A stretch of 64,000 nt of DNA from an uncultured virus (IMG/VR IMGVR_UViG_3300029448_000012) (lineage: Duplodnaviria > Heunggongvirae > Uroviricota > Caudoviricetes), in the IMG/VR virus record IMGVR_UViG_3300029448_000012. The stretch is one strand, 5' to 3'. The notes under the pieces were generated by a model, which did not search any database, was not told where the DNA came from, and saw only the letters and a list, made by a program, of their open reading frames with translations. Within the stretch, counting starts at the first letter, position 1, and every line of letters begins with the position of its first letter. Below are positions 48,488 through 58,114 of the stretch, piece after piece. The translations under genes were made by a program, and so were the position numbers.

Positions 48488-49444
48488 ATGGCACATCAAG
48501 TTGAAACAATGGCTTATGCAGGTGAAGTTCCTTGGCATGGCCTCGGTGTACCGGTTAGTAATGATCTTACACCGGTGCAAATGATGGAAAAGGCTGGCGT
48601 CGATTGGCGTGTACAAGAAGTCGAAACTTTCATCGAATACAATAACAAGAAAATGACGACTGGTCAAAAGGCTCTGGTTCGCGAAACCGATGGTCGTATC
48701 TTGACTACAGTCGGTGAGAACTGGAATCCAGTTCAAAACGAAGATGCATTCAATTTCTTCGCTGAATATTGCCTTTCCGGTAACATGGAAATGCATACTG
48801 CTGGTTCTCTTAGAGATGGTCAGATGGTATGGGCATTGGCTAAAGTCAAGTCAGACTTTGAGCTTTTCGGTGGAGATCGTGTTGAGTCTTATCTTCTCTT
48901 CTCAAATCCACATCAATATGGTAAGGCAATTGATATTCGTTTTACTCCAATCCGTGTGGTATGTAACAACACTTTGACTTTGTCACTTGATCAAAAGACT
49001 GAAAAATCTGTCAAGGTTGGTCACCGTGTTGAGTTTGATGCAAATGAAGTTAAGACTGCACTTGGTATTGCTAGTGACAAACTGGCAAACTATAAGGAAG
49101 CTGCAGAGTTTCTTGGTAAGAAAAAGTTCAATATGGACTCTTATATTGAATATCTTAACACTGTCTTTCCTCGTACTGCTGATAAGCGCATACAAGGTAA
49201 AGGTTTAAGTGTTGATACTCTTTCACGTAATGCTCGTCAAGCACATGACATTCTTCACACTCAGCCAGGTGCTGAATATGCAGAAGGTACGTGGTGGCAG
49301 GCATTTAACTCTGTTACATACATTACTGATCACGTTCAAGGTCGTAATGCTGATAATCGCTTGTATTCTTCATGGTGGGGTGGTAATCAACTTCGTAAAA
49401 AGAATGCATTGAAAACAGCAATTGAATTTGCGGAGGCTGCATAA
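48488..49444 (+). CDS. DUF932 family phage/plasmid protein
   Basis: PWHGLG, PVQNxDAF, TAGSLxxG, TPIRVVCNNTL, GTWWxAFNxVT. Confidence 0.9.
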   Translation: MAHQVETMAYAGEVPWHGLGVPVSNDLTPVQMMEKAGVDWRVQEVETFIEYNNKKMTTGQKALVRETDGRILTTVGENWNPVQNEDAFNFFAEYCLSGNMEMHTAGSLRDGQMVWALAKVKSDFELFGGDRVESYLLFSNPHQYGKAIDIRFTPIRVVCNNTLTLSLDQKTEKSVKVGHRVEFDANEVKTALGIASDKLANYKEAAEFLGKKKFNMDSYIEYLNTVFPRTADKRIQGKGLSVDTLSRNARQAHDILHTQPGAEYAEGTWWQAFNSVTYITDHVQGRNADNRLYSSWWGGNQLRKKNALKTAIEFAEAA

Positions 49445-49806
49445 TGCAAAAACTAGTTGTAGATGGTTGGAATGCTATTATGGATCACAAGCGTAATCCA
49501 TTAAGCAACATTCCAGATTTAAATACTCGACATATGATCATGCAGGTATTAGCATGGATATGGTGTATTATCTTTTCAATGAGTCTCGGTAGCATCTTTG
49601 TATTTGGTGTAAGTGTGGTTGCTCATACTTTGTTACTAGCAGGTATTGCTATCACAGTTGGTACATTTACTGCTGCAAAGAAAAAACCAGAACTTTTTAA
49701 TCTGCGCCCTGGGTATCACAGCGTAAGTCGCACAAGACAATATATGTGGATCAATGGACAAAAGGTAAGACTTGATCCAAATGATCCTGGAGGTGAACAT
49801 GAATAA
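49444..49806 (+). CDS. Small two-TM membrane protein
   Basis: WNAIMD..NPL..IPD...RHMIMQVLAW; ends GGEHE. Confidence 0.7.
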   Translation: MQKLVVDGWNAIMDHKRNPLSNIPDLNTRHMIMQVLAWIWCIIFSMSLGSIFVFGVSVVAHTLLLAGIAITVGTFTAAKKKPELFNLRPGYHSVSRTRQYMWINGQKVRLDPNDPGGEHE

Positions 49807-49921
49807 GATTAAAAAGTTTTTTGAGAGTCATGATCTTCCTGAGTTAGTACTCATTTACTTGCCAGTCACTACCATGTTTCTTGTTTTTGCATATCACTTA
49901 ATCAAACGAATCGTGTTTTAG
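49799..49921 (+). CDS. 40-aa single-TM peptide
   Basis: SD GGAGG; MNKIKKFFESHDLPELVLIYLPVTTMFLVFAYHLIKRIVF. Confidence 0.5.
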   Translation: MNKIKKFFESHDLPELVLIYLPVTTMFLVFAYHLIKRIVF

Positions 49922-49930
49922 GAGTAAATT

Positions 49931-50104
49931 ATGAAAGCACATAAACCAGAACTACTTGGTGAATGGGCTCGTGAAAACGGGTTCGAAAATATTGCTCGTT
50001 TCTTCCATCCACAGGAAGTAGAAAAACGTAGGATTGCTGGAGTCAAACGTTATAACGATAAACAACGGCAGAAAAAAGAACAACAATACGAAAAGCGCCG
50101 TTAA
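49931..50104 (+). CDS. 57-aa basic protein
   Basis: SD AGGAG; MKAHKPELLGEWARENG... Confidence 0.6.
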   Translation: MKAHKPELLGEWARENGFENIARFFHPQEVEKRRIAGVKRYNDKQRQKKEQQYEKRR

Positions 50105-50115
50105 GGCGCTTTTTT
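50091..50115 (+). terminator. Intrinsic terminator, followed by late promoter TATAAATA (50118-50125)
   Basis: AAAAGCGCC-GTTAA-GGCGCTTTTTT. Confidence 0.8.
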
Positions 50116-50153
50116 GTTATAAATAGAACTAGAAAATTTTATCGGAGTTAAAC

Positions 50154-50924
50154 ATGCGTCGGTTTAAAACTTTTTCTAGATTAATAGAAACTGCAGAGGC
50201 TAATGGTATGAATAAAATTTTTATCCAACGTGCTATGCAAGTCACGTCATTTAACTTGCTAGCAACAGATTTCCAAAGTCTAGACTATAAAAAAGAAATT
50301 CAATATCTTTTTAGTACACACTTTTTTCCTAGAATAGACATTAAATTTCAAGACACAGTCGATGCTGCAAAGCTTAATACCGAAATTACTAAATTAAAAA
50401 GAGCTAATAAATCAAACTTTGAACATTTGCACAAATACAATTTAAAAGGTATTGGTCCAGGGGAAGTTGTTCTTTATTTCTTATTAAATAAAGGTCATCT
50501 CGGAGGTGGATCTAGCGCCGGCGTTGACTTAGTAGTAGGACAACAGAAATACGAAATTAAGGCTGTCGATCTGTCGGGCGATGGAAAGCAAGTATTCAAC
50601 TTCAAAACTGGTGGAACTTTTAATACTTCTGATTTAATTGCAAGAGCTCTTAAAATGAAATCTGATGTTAATGGTTCTGGTGAAGGAGTATCTAAAGGCG
50701 TTATTAATAAAATTAAAGAACAAATGCCTACTGAATGGAAAAAATTAGAAGACGACTACAGGAAAAGAGTTTATGACAATTATTTTAAAAATCACGTGAT
50801 GATTTTTATGAATAACAAAACAGCAAAAATTGGAGAAATTATTGCTGTTAAAACTGTGGCAAAAAAAGATATAGAATTTGAGCGCGTTACTTCAGGTGTA
50901 ATCAAGCCAAGAGTTAATATATAG
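50154..50924 (+). CDS. Probable internal head protein, possible PD-(D/E)xK nuclease
   Basis: MRRFKTF..LIE leader; GxGE...GVDL...YEIK. Confidence 0.55.
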   Translation: MRRFKTFSRLIETAEANGMNKIFIQRAMQVTSFNLLATDFQSLDYKKEIQYLFSTHFFPRIDIKFQDTVDAAKLNTEITKLKRANKSNFEHLHKYNLKGIGPGEVVLYFLLNKGHLGGGSSAGVDLVVGQQKYEIKAVDLSGDGKQVFNFKTGGTFNTSDLIARALKMKSDVNGSGEGVSKGVINKIKEQMPTEWKKLEDDYRKRVYDNYFKNHVMIFMNNKTAKIGEIIAVKTVAKKDIEFERVTSGVIKPRVNI

Positions 50925-50936
50925 GTGAAATTCTAA

Positions 50937-52163
50937 ATGAGATTTTCAGAATTTATAGCTGAACAAAAAAATACTCACATGACTCACATCGAGGACAAGG
51001 TGATTTATGGCGGTGTCAATGGAACTCGTCAAGCGATTCTTGCTCTTCGTTCTTTACGTGATATGCTTGGTGGTGTAAAAGACGGAAACGTTTCTGTTAA
51101 GTGGGATGGTGCACCAGCTATCTTTGCTGGTATTGATCCGCGTGACAGTAAGTTTTTTGTAGCCAAAAAAGGCATTTTCAATAAAAACCCAAAAGTATAT
51201 AAAACAGATTCAGATATTGATGATGACACTTCTGGTGATTTAAATGCAAAGCTTAAATTGGCACTTAAGCATTTACCAGAACTTGGTATAAAGGGTGTAA
51301 TTCAAGGAGACTTTCTCTTTGGTCCCGGAGATGTCAAAAAGAAAAAGATTAAAGGTAAGAGCTATGTCACTTTTCACCCTAATACGATTGTTTATGCAGT
51401 TCCATCGGGAAGTGAAGCTGAGAAGGAAATTAACTCGGCGAAATTGGGGATTGTCTGGCATACGTCATACTCAGGAAACTCATTCGAATCAATGAAACAA
51501 AACTTCGGAGTTGACGTATCAAAGTTAAAAAAATCAAAGGATGTGTGGTCACAAGATGCCATGCTTCGCGATTTAACTAACATGACAATGTCTAAAGAAG
51601 ATACTGAAGAAGTAAACAAACACTTGGCAAATGCCGGTAGAATCTTCAATAAAATTGCTGGATCTACACTTCGCCAACTTGAGGCAAATAAAGATCTTGC
51701 TGTGCACATTGAAACACATACTAATAAGTACGTACGAGCAGGTGCTATTCCACCTGATCCTCGTAAAAGAGTTGCAGCTTTAATCAAATTTATCGAAGAC
51801 AAATATAAAAAAGAAATGGATAAGCGCACAACCGAAAAAGGTAAGTCAGCACAACAAAGAAAGTTAGATGATATCTTAGAATTCTTTTCAAGCGAAAATA
51901 AAACAAGTCTTGAAATGATATTCGAATTGCAAAGAATCATTGTTCTTGCAAAATTAAAACTTATAAATACTTTAAATAAACTAGGAAATGTTGATACATT
52001 TCTAAAAACAAAAAGAGGTTATCAAGTAACAGGCCAAGAAGGTTATGTAGCAATTGATAAACTCGGCGGTGATGCGGTGAAAGTTATTGATAGGTTAGAG
52101 TTTTCCTATGCCAATTTTTCACCAGACATATTAAAGGGATGGGATAAGCCAGGGAGAAATTAA
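50937..52163 (+). CDS. Conserved T4-like protein with ligase-type KWDG motif (DUF6267-like)
   Basis: MRFSEFIAE leader; KNTHMTHIED, VKWDGAPA, QGD, EGYV, KxIDRLEFS. Confidence 0.7.
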   Translation: MRFSEFIAEQKNTHMTHIEDKVIYGGVNGTRQAILALRSLRDMLGGVKDGNVSVKWDGAPAIFAGIDPRDSKFFVAKKGIFNKNPKVYKTDSDIDDDTSGDLNAKLKLALKHLPELGIKGVIQGDFLFGPGDVKKKKIKGKSYVTFHPNTIVYAVPSGSEAEKEINSAKLGIVWHTSYSGNSFESMKQNFGVDVSKLKKSKDVWSQDAMLRDLTNMTMSKEDTEEVNKHLANAGRIFNKIAGSTLRQLEANKDLAVHIETHTNKYVRAGAIPPDPRKRVAALIKFIEDKYKKEMDKRTTEKGKSAQQRKLDDILEFFSSENKTSLEMIFELQRIIVLAKLKLINTLNKLGNVDTFLKTKRGYQVTGQEGYVAIDKLGGDAVKVIDRLEFSYANFSPDILKGWDKPGRN

Positions 52164-52606
52164 TGGCAATGTTGTCATTTAAAGATCTATTAGCTAATCC
52201 GGATGCATATGCCGGCTATGATGATCAGCTAAAATATCGAAAACAGAAACAAAAGCGGATGGGCTATGAAGAAGTAGAACCCACCGAAGAAGAACTATCG
52301 GTATCTGGTAGACGCAAACTCGCTCGAGTAATGAAGCGTCGAAAGTCTCAACTCAAAAGAGCTCGTGAACGTGCTAAGAAGCGTATGGCTAAAAAAGATG
52401 TAATAGCCAAGCGCGCACGTCGTCAGGCAAGATCTGCTGCCGCTAAAAAACTTACAAAGGGTAAGTCAAAAGCAGATCTTTCAGTAGCACAGAAAAAGAA
52501 TATTGAAAAGCGGCTAGCTCAAAAAGGCTGGCAGCAAAGAATTGCTGTAATCAATAAAAGATTAATGCCTAAAGTAAGAAGACAAGAAATTACCAGAAAA
52601 CGATGA
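52163..52606 (+). CDS. Highly basic protein, probable internal head/core protein
   Basis: SFKD leader; K/R-rich; late promoter at 51962-51969. Confidence 0.65.
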   Translation: MAMLSFKDLLANPDAYAGYDDQLKYRKQKQKRMGYEEVEPTEEELSVSGRRKLARVMKRRKSQLKRARERAKKRMAKKDVIAKRARRQARSAAAKKLTKGKSKADLSVAQKKNIEKRLAQKGWQQRIAVINKRLMPKVRRQEITRKR

Positions 52607-53679
52607 TACCAAGTTTTAAAAATTATTTAGTTGAAGAAGAAAGGATTGTTTATTTTACCTTTGGTAGAATGAACCCTCCTACTATTGGTCATGAGAAACT
52701 CTTGACTAAATTAGCAGCTAATGCTCGTGGTTCATTTCCATATAGAGTTTACTTATCGCAGTCACAAGACGCGAAGAAAAATCCATTAGATTATAAATCA
52801 AAAGTCAAGTACGCTCGTAAGATGTTTCCAAAACATGCTCGACAAATTATGTTTGATTCTAAAATCAAGACTGTTTTTGATGCTATGGTCAAAATGTACG
52901 ACGAAGGATTTAAAAGAGTAGTGATGGTTGTTGGTTCTGATCGCGTTAACGAGTTTGATGCACTCTTAAATAAGTACAATGGTCAAAAAGCAAGACATGG
53001 TTTTTATAATTTTGAAAGAATTCAAATTATCTCAGCTGGTGAACGTGATCCTGATGCCGAAGGTGCAACAGGAATGTCAGCTTCAAAGATGAGAGCTGCA
53101 GCTGCAGAAGATGACTTTCCAATGTTTGCTCAAGGTCTTCCAAAATCAATTAAGAACAATGACGCTAAGAGCATTTACAATGATGTTCGTAAAGGCATGG
53201 GCCTCAAAGAACAAAGAGAATTTAAGAATCATCTTCAGTTGCAGCCAGTTTCTGAAGCACGTGAAAATTATGTCGAAGGCATGTTTCAACCAGGTGATCA
53301 AGTTGTAATAAAAGAAAATGATCAGATTGCTACAATTATTCGTCGTGGTTCTAATTACCTGATTGTAGAATCAAATGGTCAGATGATGCGTAAATGGCTC
53401 GATGCAGTCGAGATACTTGAAAAGAAAAAATCAAAAGAACGAGTTAAGATGGCTAAACAGGATCCAGACATTGGTGGAAGACCTGGTACACAGCCAAAGG
53501 TATATCATGCTGGGCTATCAAAGAAACAAAAGGTAGCTCGGGATAGGCAGTTCAAGCGCCAGGCAAAGATGGATGATGATAATCCAGCAGCTTACAAACC
53601 TGCACCTGGTGATAAAAGTGCAAAAACAAAACCAAGCAAACATACAAAAAAGTTTAAACAAATGTTTGGAGACGACTAA
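52603..53679 (+). CDS. HIGH-motif nucleotidyltransferase (cytidylyltransferase-like) with basic C-terminal extension
   Basis: FGRMNPPTIGH, VGSDR, MSASKMR; SFKNYLVEE leader. Confidence 0.85.
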   Translation: MIPSFKNYLVEEERIVYFTFGRMNPPTIGHEKLLTKLAANARGSFPYRVYLSQSQDAKKNPLDYKSKVKYARKMFPKHARQIMFDSKIKTVFDAMVKMYDEGFKRVVMVVGSDRVNEFDALLNKYNGQKARHGFYNFERIQIISAGERDPDAEGATGMSASKMRAAAAEDDFPMFAQGLPKSIKNNDAKSIYNDVRKGMGLKEQREFKNHLQLQPVSEARENYVEGMFQPGDQVVIKENDQIATIIRRGSNYLIVESNGQMMRKWLDAVEILEKKKSKERVKMAKQDPDIGGRPGTQPKVYHAGLSKKQKVARDRQFKRQAKMDDDNPAAYKPAPGDKSAKTKPSKHTKKFKQMFGDD

Positions 53680-54086
53680 TGGCCGATGACGGTGTACTTA
53701 ACAAAGCACAGCAAAAAATTCGCAATGATAGAATCAAGGCTGCTGCTATGAAAGTTAAAAAGGATCGTGAGCGTATGGCTAAAAGAGATGCCAAAGCTAA
53801 ACCTACCAACTTAGGAACTAAAATAAAATTTAAAGAACACGTTCAGTATATTGAGGAAAAAGCAACTGCAGCTTTAAAGAAAAAGGCTGAAAAGTCAGGT
53901 ATGCCATTAGGTATTCTTCGTAAAGTTTTTAACCGAGGAATGGCTGCATGGCGCACAGGACATCGGCCAGGCACTACACCACAGCAATGGGGACTGGCAA
54001 GAGTCAATTCATTTATAACAAAATCATCTGGAACATGGGGTAAGGCCGATAAAGACCTTGCAGCTAAAGTAAGAGGTTCAAAATAA
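53679..54086 (+). CDS. Basic protein (DUF5824-like C-terminus)
   Basis: KKAEKSG...RGMAAW.TGHRPG.TPQQWG.ARVNSF. Confidence 0.65.
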   Translation: MADDGVLNKAQQKIRNDRIKAAAMKVKKDRERMAKRDAKAKPTNLGTKIKFKEHVQYIEEKATAALKKKAEKSGMPLGILRKVFNRGMAAWRTGHRPGTTPQQWGLARVNSFITKSSGTWGKADKDLAAKVRGSK

Positions 54087-54838
54087 TGCCATTAAAAGTA
54101 TCAGATGGAATTGGAGCGTACATTAAAGATTTTCAAAAGTCTGATGCTCCCCAGTTTAAAGGTAAAAGTAAAGATGAGCGTCGTGACATGGCGATTGCTG
54201 CATATCTTTCTGCAAAACGTGGACCGTTAAAAGACAATAGAGCACACGCTGAAGCTAAAACGGCCATGAGACATTCTGAAATGATGGCAAATATTGCTAG
54301 ATTTAAGAAATTGCCAGACGAAGGTACGCCTGAAGCAACTAAAAAAGCTAAGTCTATGACTCCTGGTTATAAGTCTGAAGCACTTAAAATCTATGAGGCA
54401 CAATTTATTTCTCCTAAGATGTATAAAGTAAAGCAACTTGCACGTCTTGGCCTTGTTAGTAAACAAGATGTACAAAAGTTACTTAACGCTATGGACACTA
54501 TGAGTCAAGGAAAAGAAATTCCAAAAAAGCAAAGGGATATTATCTTTGGTGCATTTGGTGATTTGATCGACTTAGTTACTGGCGATAAGATGATCTTCCA
54601 AAAAGCAAAGAAAGCTGTAAAGGAAGAAAAAGATCCGAATGAATATGATAACGAAGGTGAGGCAATGAAAGATCATCTAGACATCATTATGGATGCTGCT
54701 GACGAAATCTATGATATGGTCGATGATCAAGAAAATTTACCTGAGTGGGTTCAAAACAAAATCACAAAGGCAGCAGACTATATTGATTCTTCACGTGATT
54801 ATCTGATGTCTCAAAAAACGGATAGATCTGATGATTAG
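54086..54838 (+). CDS. Hypothetical modular protein, probable head protein
   Basis: DFQKSDAPQF module and LPEWVQNKITKAADY module. Confidence 0.65.
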   Translation: MPLKVSDGIGAYIKDFQKSDAPQFKGKSKDERRDMAIAAYLSAKRGPLKDNRAHAEAKTAMRHSEMMANIARFKKLPDEGTPEATKKAKSMTPGYKSEALKIYEAQFISPKMYKVKQLARLGLVSKQDVQKLLNAMDTMSQGKEIPKKQRDIIFGAFGDLIDLVTGDKMIFQKAKKAVKEEKDPNEYDNEGEAMKDHLDIIMDAADEIYDMVDDQENLPEWVQNKITKAADYIDSSRDYLMSQKTDRSDD

Positions 54839-55085
54839 ATTTAAAGATTTCGTAGAAGGTAAAAAAGGTTCTACCGATGCGCCAAAGGGTCCTGAGTCAT
54901 ATGAAGCTCAGTACAAGAGACGTTTGGTAAAAACTACAGATCCTGAACATAAAGAAAAAGGTTATAACTGGAGAATTAAAGGTAAGAAGAATAGTTCACT
55001 TACTAAAAAGTTATATAAGAAAAAGCCCAATCAGGCTGAGTTTAATAGACAAATGAGAAGGATCGCAGCTTTTGAGTTTGGATAA
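54831..55085 (+). CDS. Small basic protein with capsid-targeting-like leader
   Basis: MIRFKDFVE. Confidence 0.6.
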   Translation: MIRFKDFVEGKKGSTDAPKGPESYEAQYKRRLVKTTDPEHKEKGYNWRIKGKKNSSLTKKLYKKKPNQAEFNRQMRRIAAFEFG

Positions 55086-55428
55086 GTTTAAAAAATATCG
55101 AGAAGATCAGATTGATAATATCTGTGAAGGTATGTATGACGATTTAGAACTTGAGGAAGCAGAGTATCAAGGTAAGAAAGTTACTTTGAACGATCCAATT
55201 CGTACGTCTGAAAATCCGAATAAAAAGTTTAAAGTATATGTAAGAGGACCAAAGGGCAATGTTGTAGTCGTTCGCTTTGGTGATCCAAACATGGAAATTA
55301 AACGTGATGATCCTGGCAGACGTAAGTCTTTCAGGGCTCGTCATAACTGCGATAACCCCGGACCAAAATATAAAGCACGCTATTGGTCATGTTTTCAGTG
55401 GCGCGCAGGAGCAAAGGTAGATAACTAA
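55072..55428 (+). CDS. Conserved basic viral protein
   Basis: KKFKVYV...VRFGD...RRKSFRARHNC...ARYWSC. Confidence 0.65.
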   Translation: MSLDKFKKYREDQIDNICEGMYDDLELEEAEYQGKKVTLNDPIRTSENPNKKFKVYVRGPKGNVVVVRFGDPNMEIKRDDPGRRKSFRARHNCDNPGPKYKARYWSCFQWRAGAKVDN

Positions 55429-55429
55429 A

Positions 55430-55705
55430 ATGGCTACTACTCAGCAAAGACTCGATCGCATCGAAGAAAAAATAGATAAACTTGCTGACGCAATGATTTC
55501 TCTTGCGCGTGCAGAAGAAAAAATTGTAAGTCTTGCTGAGTTGCAATCAAATCAAACCGAAAGGTTAAATCGCCTTTCGCACAAAATAGACGAAATTGCG
55601 GCAGAAACCGCAGACAATACTCGGACGGTCCAACTTATTAATAAGCTGTTCTGGGTTGTTTTAGTAGCGGCGATGGGTGCCATTGCTACAAATCTCTGGA
55701 TGTAG
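55430..55705 (+). CDS. Coiled-coil protein with C-terminal TM segment
   Basis: RLDRIEEKIDKL heptads; hydrophobic C-terminus. Confidence 0.65.
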   Translation: MATTQQRLDRIEEKIDKLADAMISLARAEEKIVSLAELQSNQTERLNRLSHKIDEIAAETADNTRTVQLINKLFWVVLVAAMGAIATNLWM

Positions 55706-55715
55706 GAGTAAACAC

Positions 55716-57443
55716 ATGAGAAAAACTTTTTATGGTGTTCGGGCCGCACTCGAAGAAATGGCTCAAAAAGATATGGACAAACTTCTTAAAGCATTAAAAA
55801 AGAAGTTGTCAGATGAAGGCGGTGCAGCAGGATTTAAGCCTTTAAAAGATATCGCAAAGACAATGGGAGTTGATTTAACTCCTGCTATGTTAAAAAGCAT
55901 GGATGGAATCATGCAACATAGAGATGGTGATTATATTTTAGAAGAATTAGAAGAAGGCATTTTTGATAAAGCAAAACAAGGTATTTCTAAACTTAAAAGC
56001 ATGACACCGGCCGCAAAGGCAGCTAAAAGGGCGGAACGCGAGAGAAAAGCCATGGATAATATGACCAATAGTATTGTAGCTTTAGGAATGGCTAAAAGAG
56101 GAAAGCCAAAGAAAGAAGCTGTTAAATATCCTCATATGATGTATGATCCAAAGACTGGTAAAGAAGTAACTGCTAAAACACCAGAAGATCATGATAAATT
56201 TGCAAAGATGGGTTATACTCATGAAAAGCCAAAGATGGATGAAATAGTAACTTCAGCTGATAAAAAACCACAGAACGTTGTCGGACCTGATGGTAAGACT
56301 CGAGTTCGAATGGTTCCTGTAACAAAAAGGTCTGAACCAAGAGAAGCTATGGATCCAGTAGATCCAAAGGCTGTTAAGAAAGATTTTAAAGATCGTAAAG
56401 ATAAAGATATTGACAATGATGGTGATGTTGATGATTCTGACAAATATCTACACAAAAAACGTAAAGCAATTTCAAAATCTGTCAATAAAAATGAAGATGA
56501 GCCAGATGGCGATAATGGCGAAACAGCAGTCATGAATCCTAAGAAAGAAAGTAAAGCGACAAAAGAATCTACGATTCGTGAGCGTTTAATGTCTATCTGG
56601 GAAAAGGCAGATCGTGATAAACACTATAAAGGTGCGACTGAACCTGAGCCAATGACAAAAGACGATGAGCGCAGTGCAAAGAAAATGAAGGATGGTCATA
56701 AAAACGTAAAACGTGATGATCATATCGATAAAGAAACTTCTGTAGATGCTGAGAAAGCTGGCCCATCTACAAAGTATCGTGGTAACGATAATCAGAGTGG
56801 TGATAAGAATATTATTCCTTCAGCCACAAAAGACAATCCAGCAAATAAAGTTAAAAAGGAGTCAGTTATGACTGATAAAAAAGAAGAGTATGGTGTATTT
56901 GGCCAAAAGATATCGTCTTCTATGCTCAAGGCGTACTCAATGGTTGAAGGCTTCACACACGAATTCGACTATGCGGAGAGCGGAAGAAACACTGCAAAGA
57001 GTTTTGTAGCAAAAGCCAAATCCGCTGGTATTAAAGCTAAAATCCATAGCCCATCAGGTCCTGGTGGTGGGCATCCAGTTGTACATCTCGGACATAAAGA
57101 TACTAAACACATGCATAGCTTTTTGAAAAAGCATTATGATCCAGGCATGCATCATGATGATCTACATGATTATAAAATCTCTAGCACGAAGTCCGAAGCT
57201 GTGCAGACTGAAAGCTTCACGCACGAATTTGACTATGCTGAGCGCAGGGGCAACACTGCAAAGAATTTTGTAGCAAAAGCTAAGGAAGCAGGAATTAAAG
57301 CTAAAATCCATAGCCCATCAGGTCCTGGTGGTCACCCTGTCGTTCACCTTGGACATAAAGACACTAAACACATGCATGGCTTTTTGAAAAAGCATTATGA
57401 TCCAGGCATGCATCATGATGATCTACATGATTATAAAATCTAA
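55716..57443 (+). CDS. Large charged modular protein, probable internal head protein, with duplicated His-rich C-terminal domain
   Basis: SD AGGAG; DKDIDNDGDVDDSDKYL (EF-hand-like); tandem duplication. Confidence 0.7.
   Translation: MRKTFYGVRAALEEMAQKDMDKLLKALKKKLSDEGGAAGFKPLKDIAKTMGVDLTPAMLKSMDGIMQHRDGDYILEELEEGIFDKAKQGISKLKSMTPAAKAAKRAERERKAMDNMTNSIVALGMAKRGKPKKEAVKYPHMMYDPKTGKEVTAKTPEDHDKFAKMGYTHEKPKMDEIVTSADKKPQNVVGPDGKTRVRMVPVTKRSEPREAMDPVDPKAVKKDFKDRKDKDIDNDGDVDDSDKYLHKKRKAISKSVNKNEDEPDGDNGETAVMNPKKESKATKESTIRERLMSIWEKADRDKHYKGATEPEPMTKDDERSAKKMKDGHKNVKRDDHIDKETSVDAEKAGPSTKYRGNDNQSGDKNIIPSATKDNPANKVKKESVMTDKKEEYGVFGQKISSSMLKAYSMVEGFTHEFDYAESGRNTAKSFVAKAKSAGIKAKIHSPSGPGGGHPVVHLGHKDTKHMHSFLKKHYDPGMHHDDLHDYKISSTKSEAVQTESFTHEFDYAERRGNTAKNFVAKAKEAGIKAKIHSPSGPGGHPVVHLGHKDTKHMHGFLKKHYDPGMHHDDLHDYKI
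56946..57441 (+). repeat. Direct repeat, ~235 nt x2 (56946-57180; 57210-57441)
   Basis: FTHEFDYAE...HHDDLHDYKI occurs twice; 3' parts nearly identical at DNA level. Confidence 0.95.
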
Positions 57444-57451
57444 AGCAATGG

Positions 57452-57730
57452 GTGACAAAAATGCTTAAAAAAGGTCCAAAGGGTGCAGTCCCAACTACTC
57501 GTGGTTGGATCAACCCACAAACTGGTGAACTTTTAAAATCTCAAAGAATTACACAAGAGCAGCTTGATGAATACAATGGCGTGCAGGTTCTAGTCGAACC
57601 TGCACCAGTCATTGAACCAGAACCTGAGCCAGAAATGGAATTGATCGATGACTTTACACCAGTATTTAGTGAACAGCCAGCTATTAAGTCGAAAAAAACA
57701 AAGAAGAAACCTTCTAATCTCTTTAGCTAA
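57452..57730 (+). CDS. Small hypothetical protein
   Basis: PTxRGWxxPxTGELL motif. Confidence 0.6.
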   Translation: MTKMLKKGPKGAVPTTRGWINPQTGELLKSQRITQEQLDEYNGVQVLVEPAPVIEPEPEPEMELIDDFTPVFSEQPAIKSKKTKKKPSNLFS

Positions 57731-57748
57731 TTAATATATAGCTTTGTT

Positions 57749-58114
57749 ATGATATTTAACGAGCTAACAGAAGAGAATGTATTGCTATATGCAGCAAAAG
57801 CATATTACAAACCGCAGTTCTCTGACATTGAAGAGTTTTATGAAGACTTAAAACGCTTTAAATATATTAAACGATTAGTGAATCGTTATCTTGATCAAGG
57901 TGAATTATCAGAAAGATTGATTATTAATCACCTTATTGTAATATTCAATTCATTTGGTGCAGATCCAGCTATCAATATATTAAAGCTCAAACTTGATAAA
58001 AAACATTGGCCGGTAATTAAGCCGTTTTTGATTTATTTAAAATATATTACAGACGATAAAATTACTGGATTTAAAATGGATGCAACCGTAGTCAATAGGC
58101 TAAGAAAAATATGA
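57749..58114 (+). CDS. Conserved T4-like hypothetical protein
   Basis: EEFYEDLKRFKYIKRL...RLIINH. Confidence 0.75.
   Translation: MIFNELTEENVLLYAAKAYYKPQFSDIEEFYEDLKRFKYIKRLVNRYLDQGELSERLIINHLIVIFNSFGADPAINILKLKLDKKHWPVIKPFLIYLKYITDDKITGFKMDATVVNRLRKI

Noticed and set aside
51392..51940. 182-aa minus-strand ORF
   Set aside because: Fully antisense to a conserved + strand gene; no recognisable motifs
56946..57441. DGR TR/VR pair
   Set aside because: Both copies are in one ORF. The differences include non-A changes and a 3-nt indel, and no RT is nearby.
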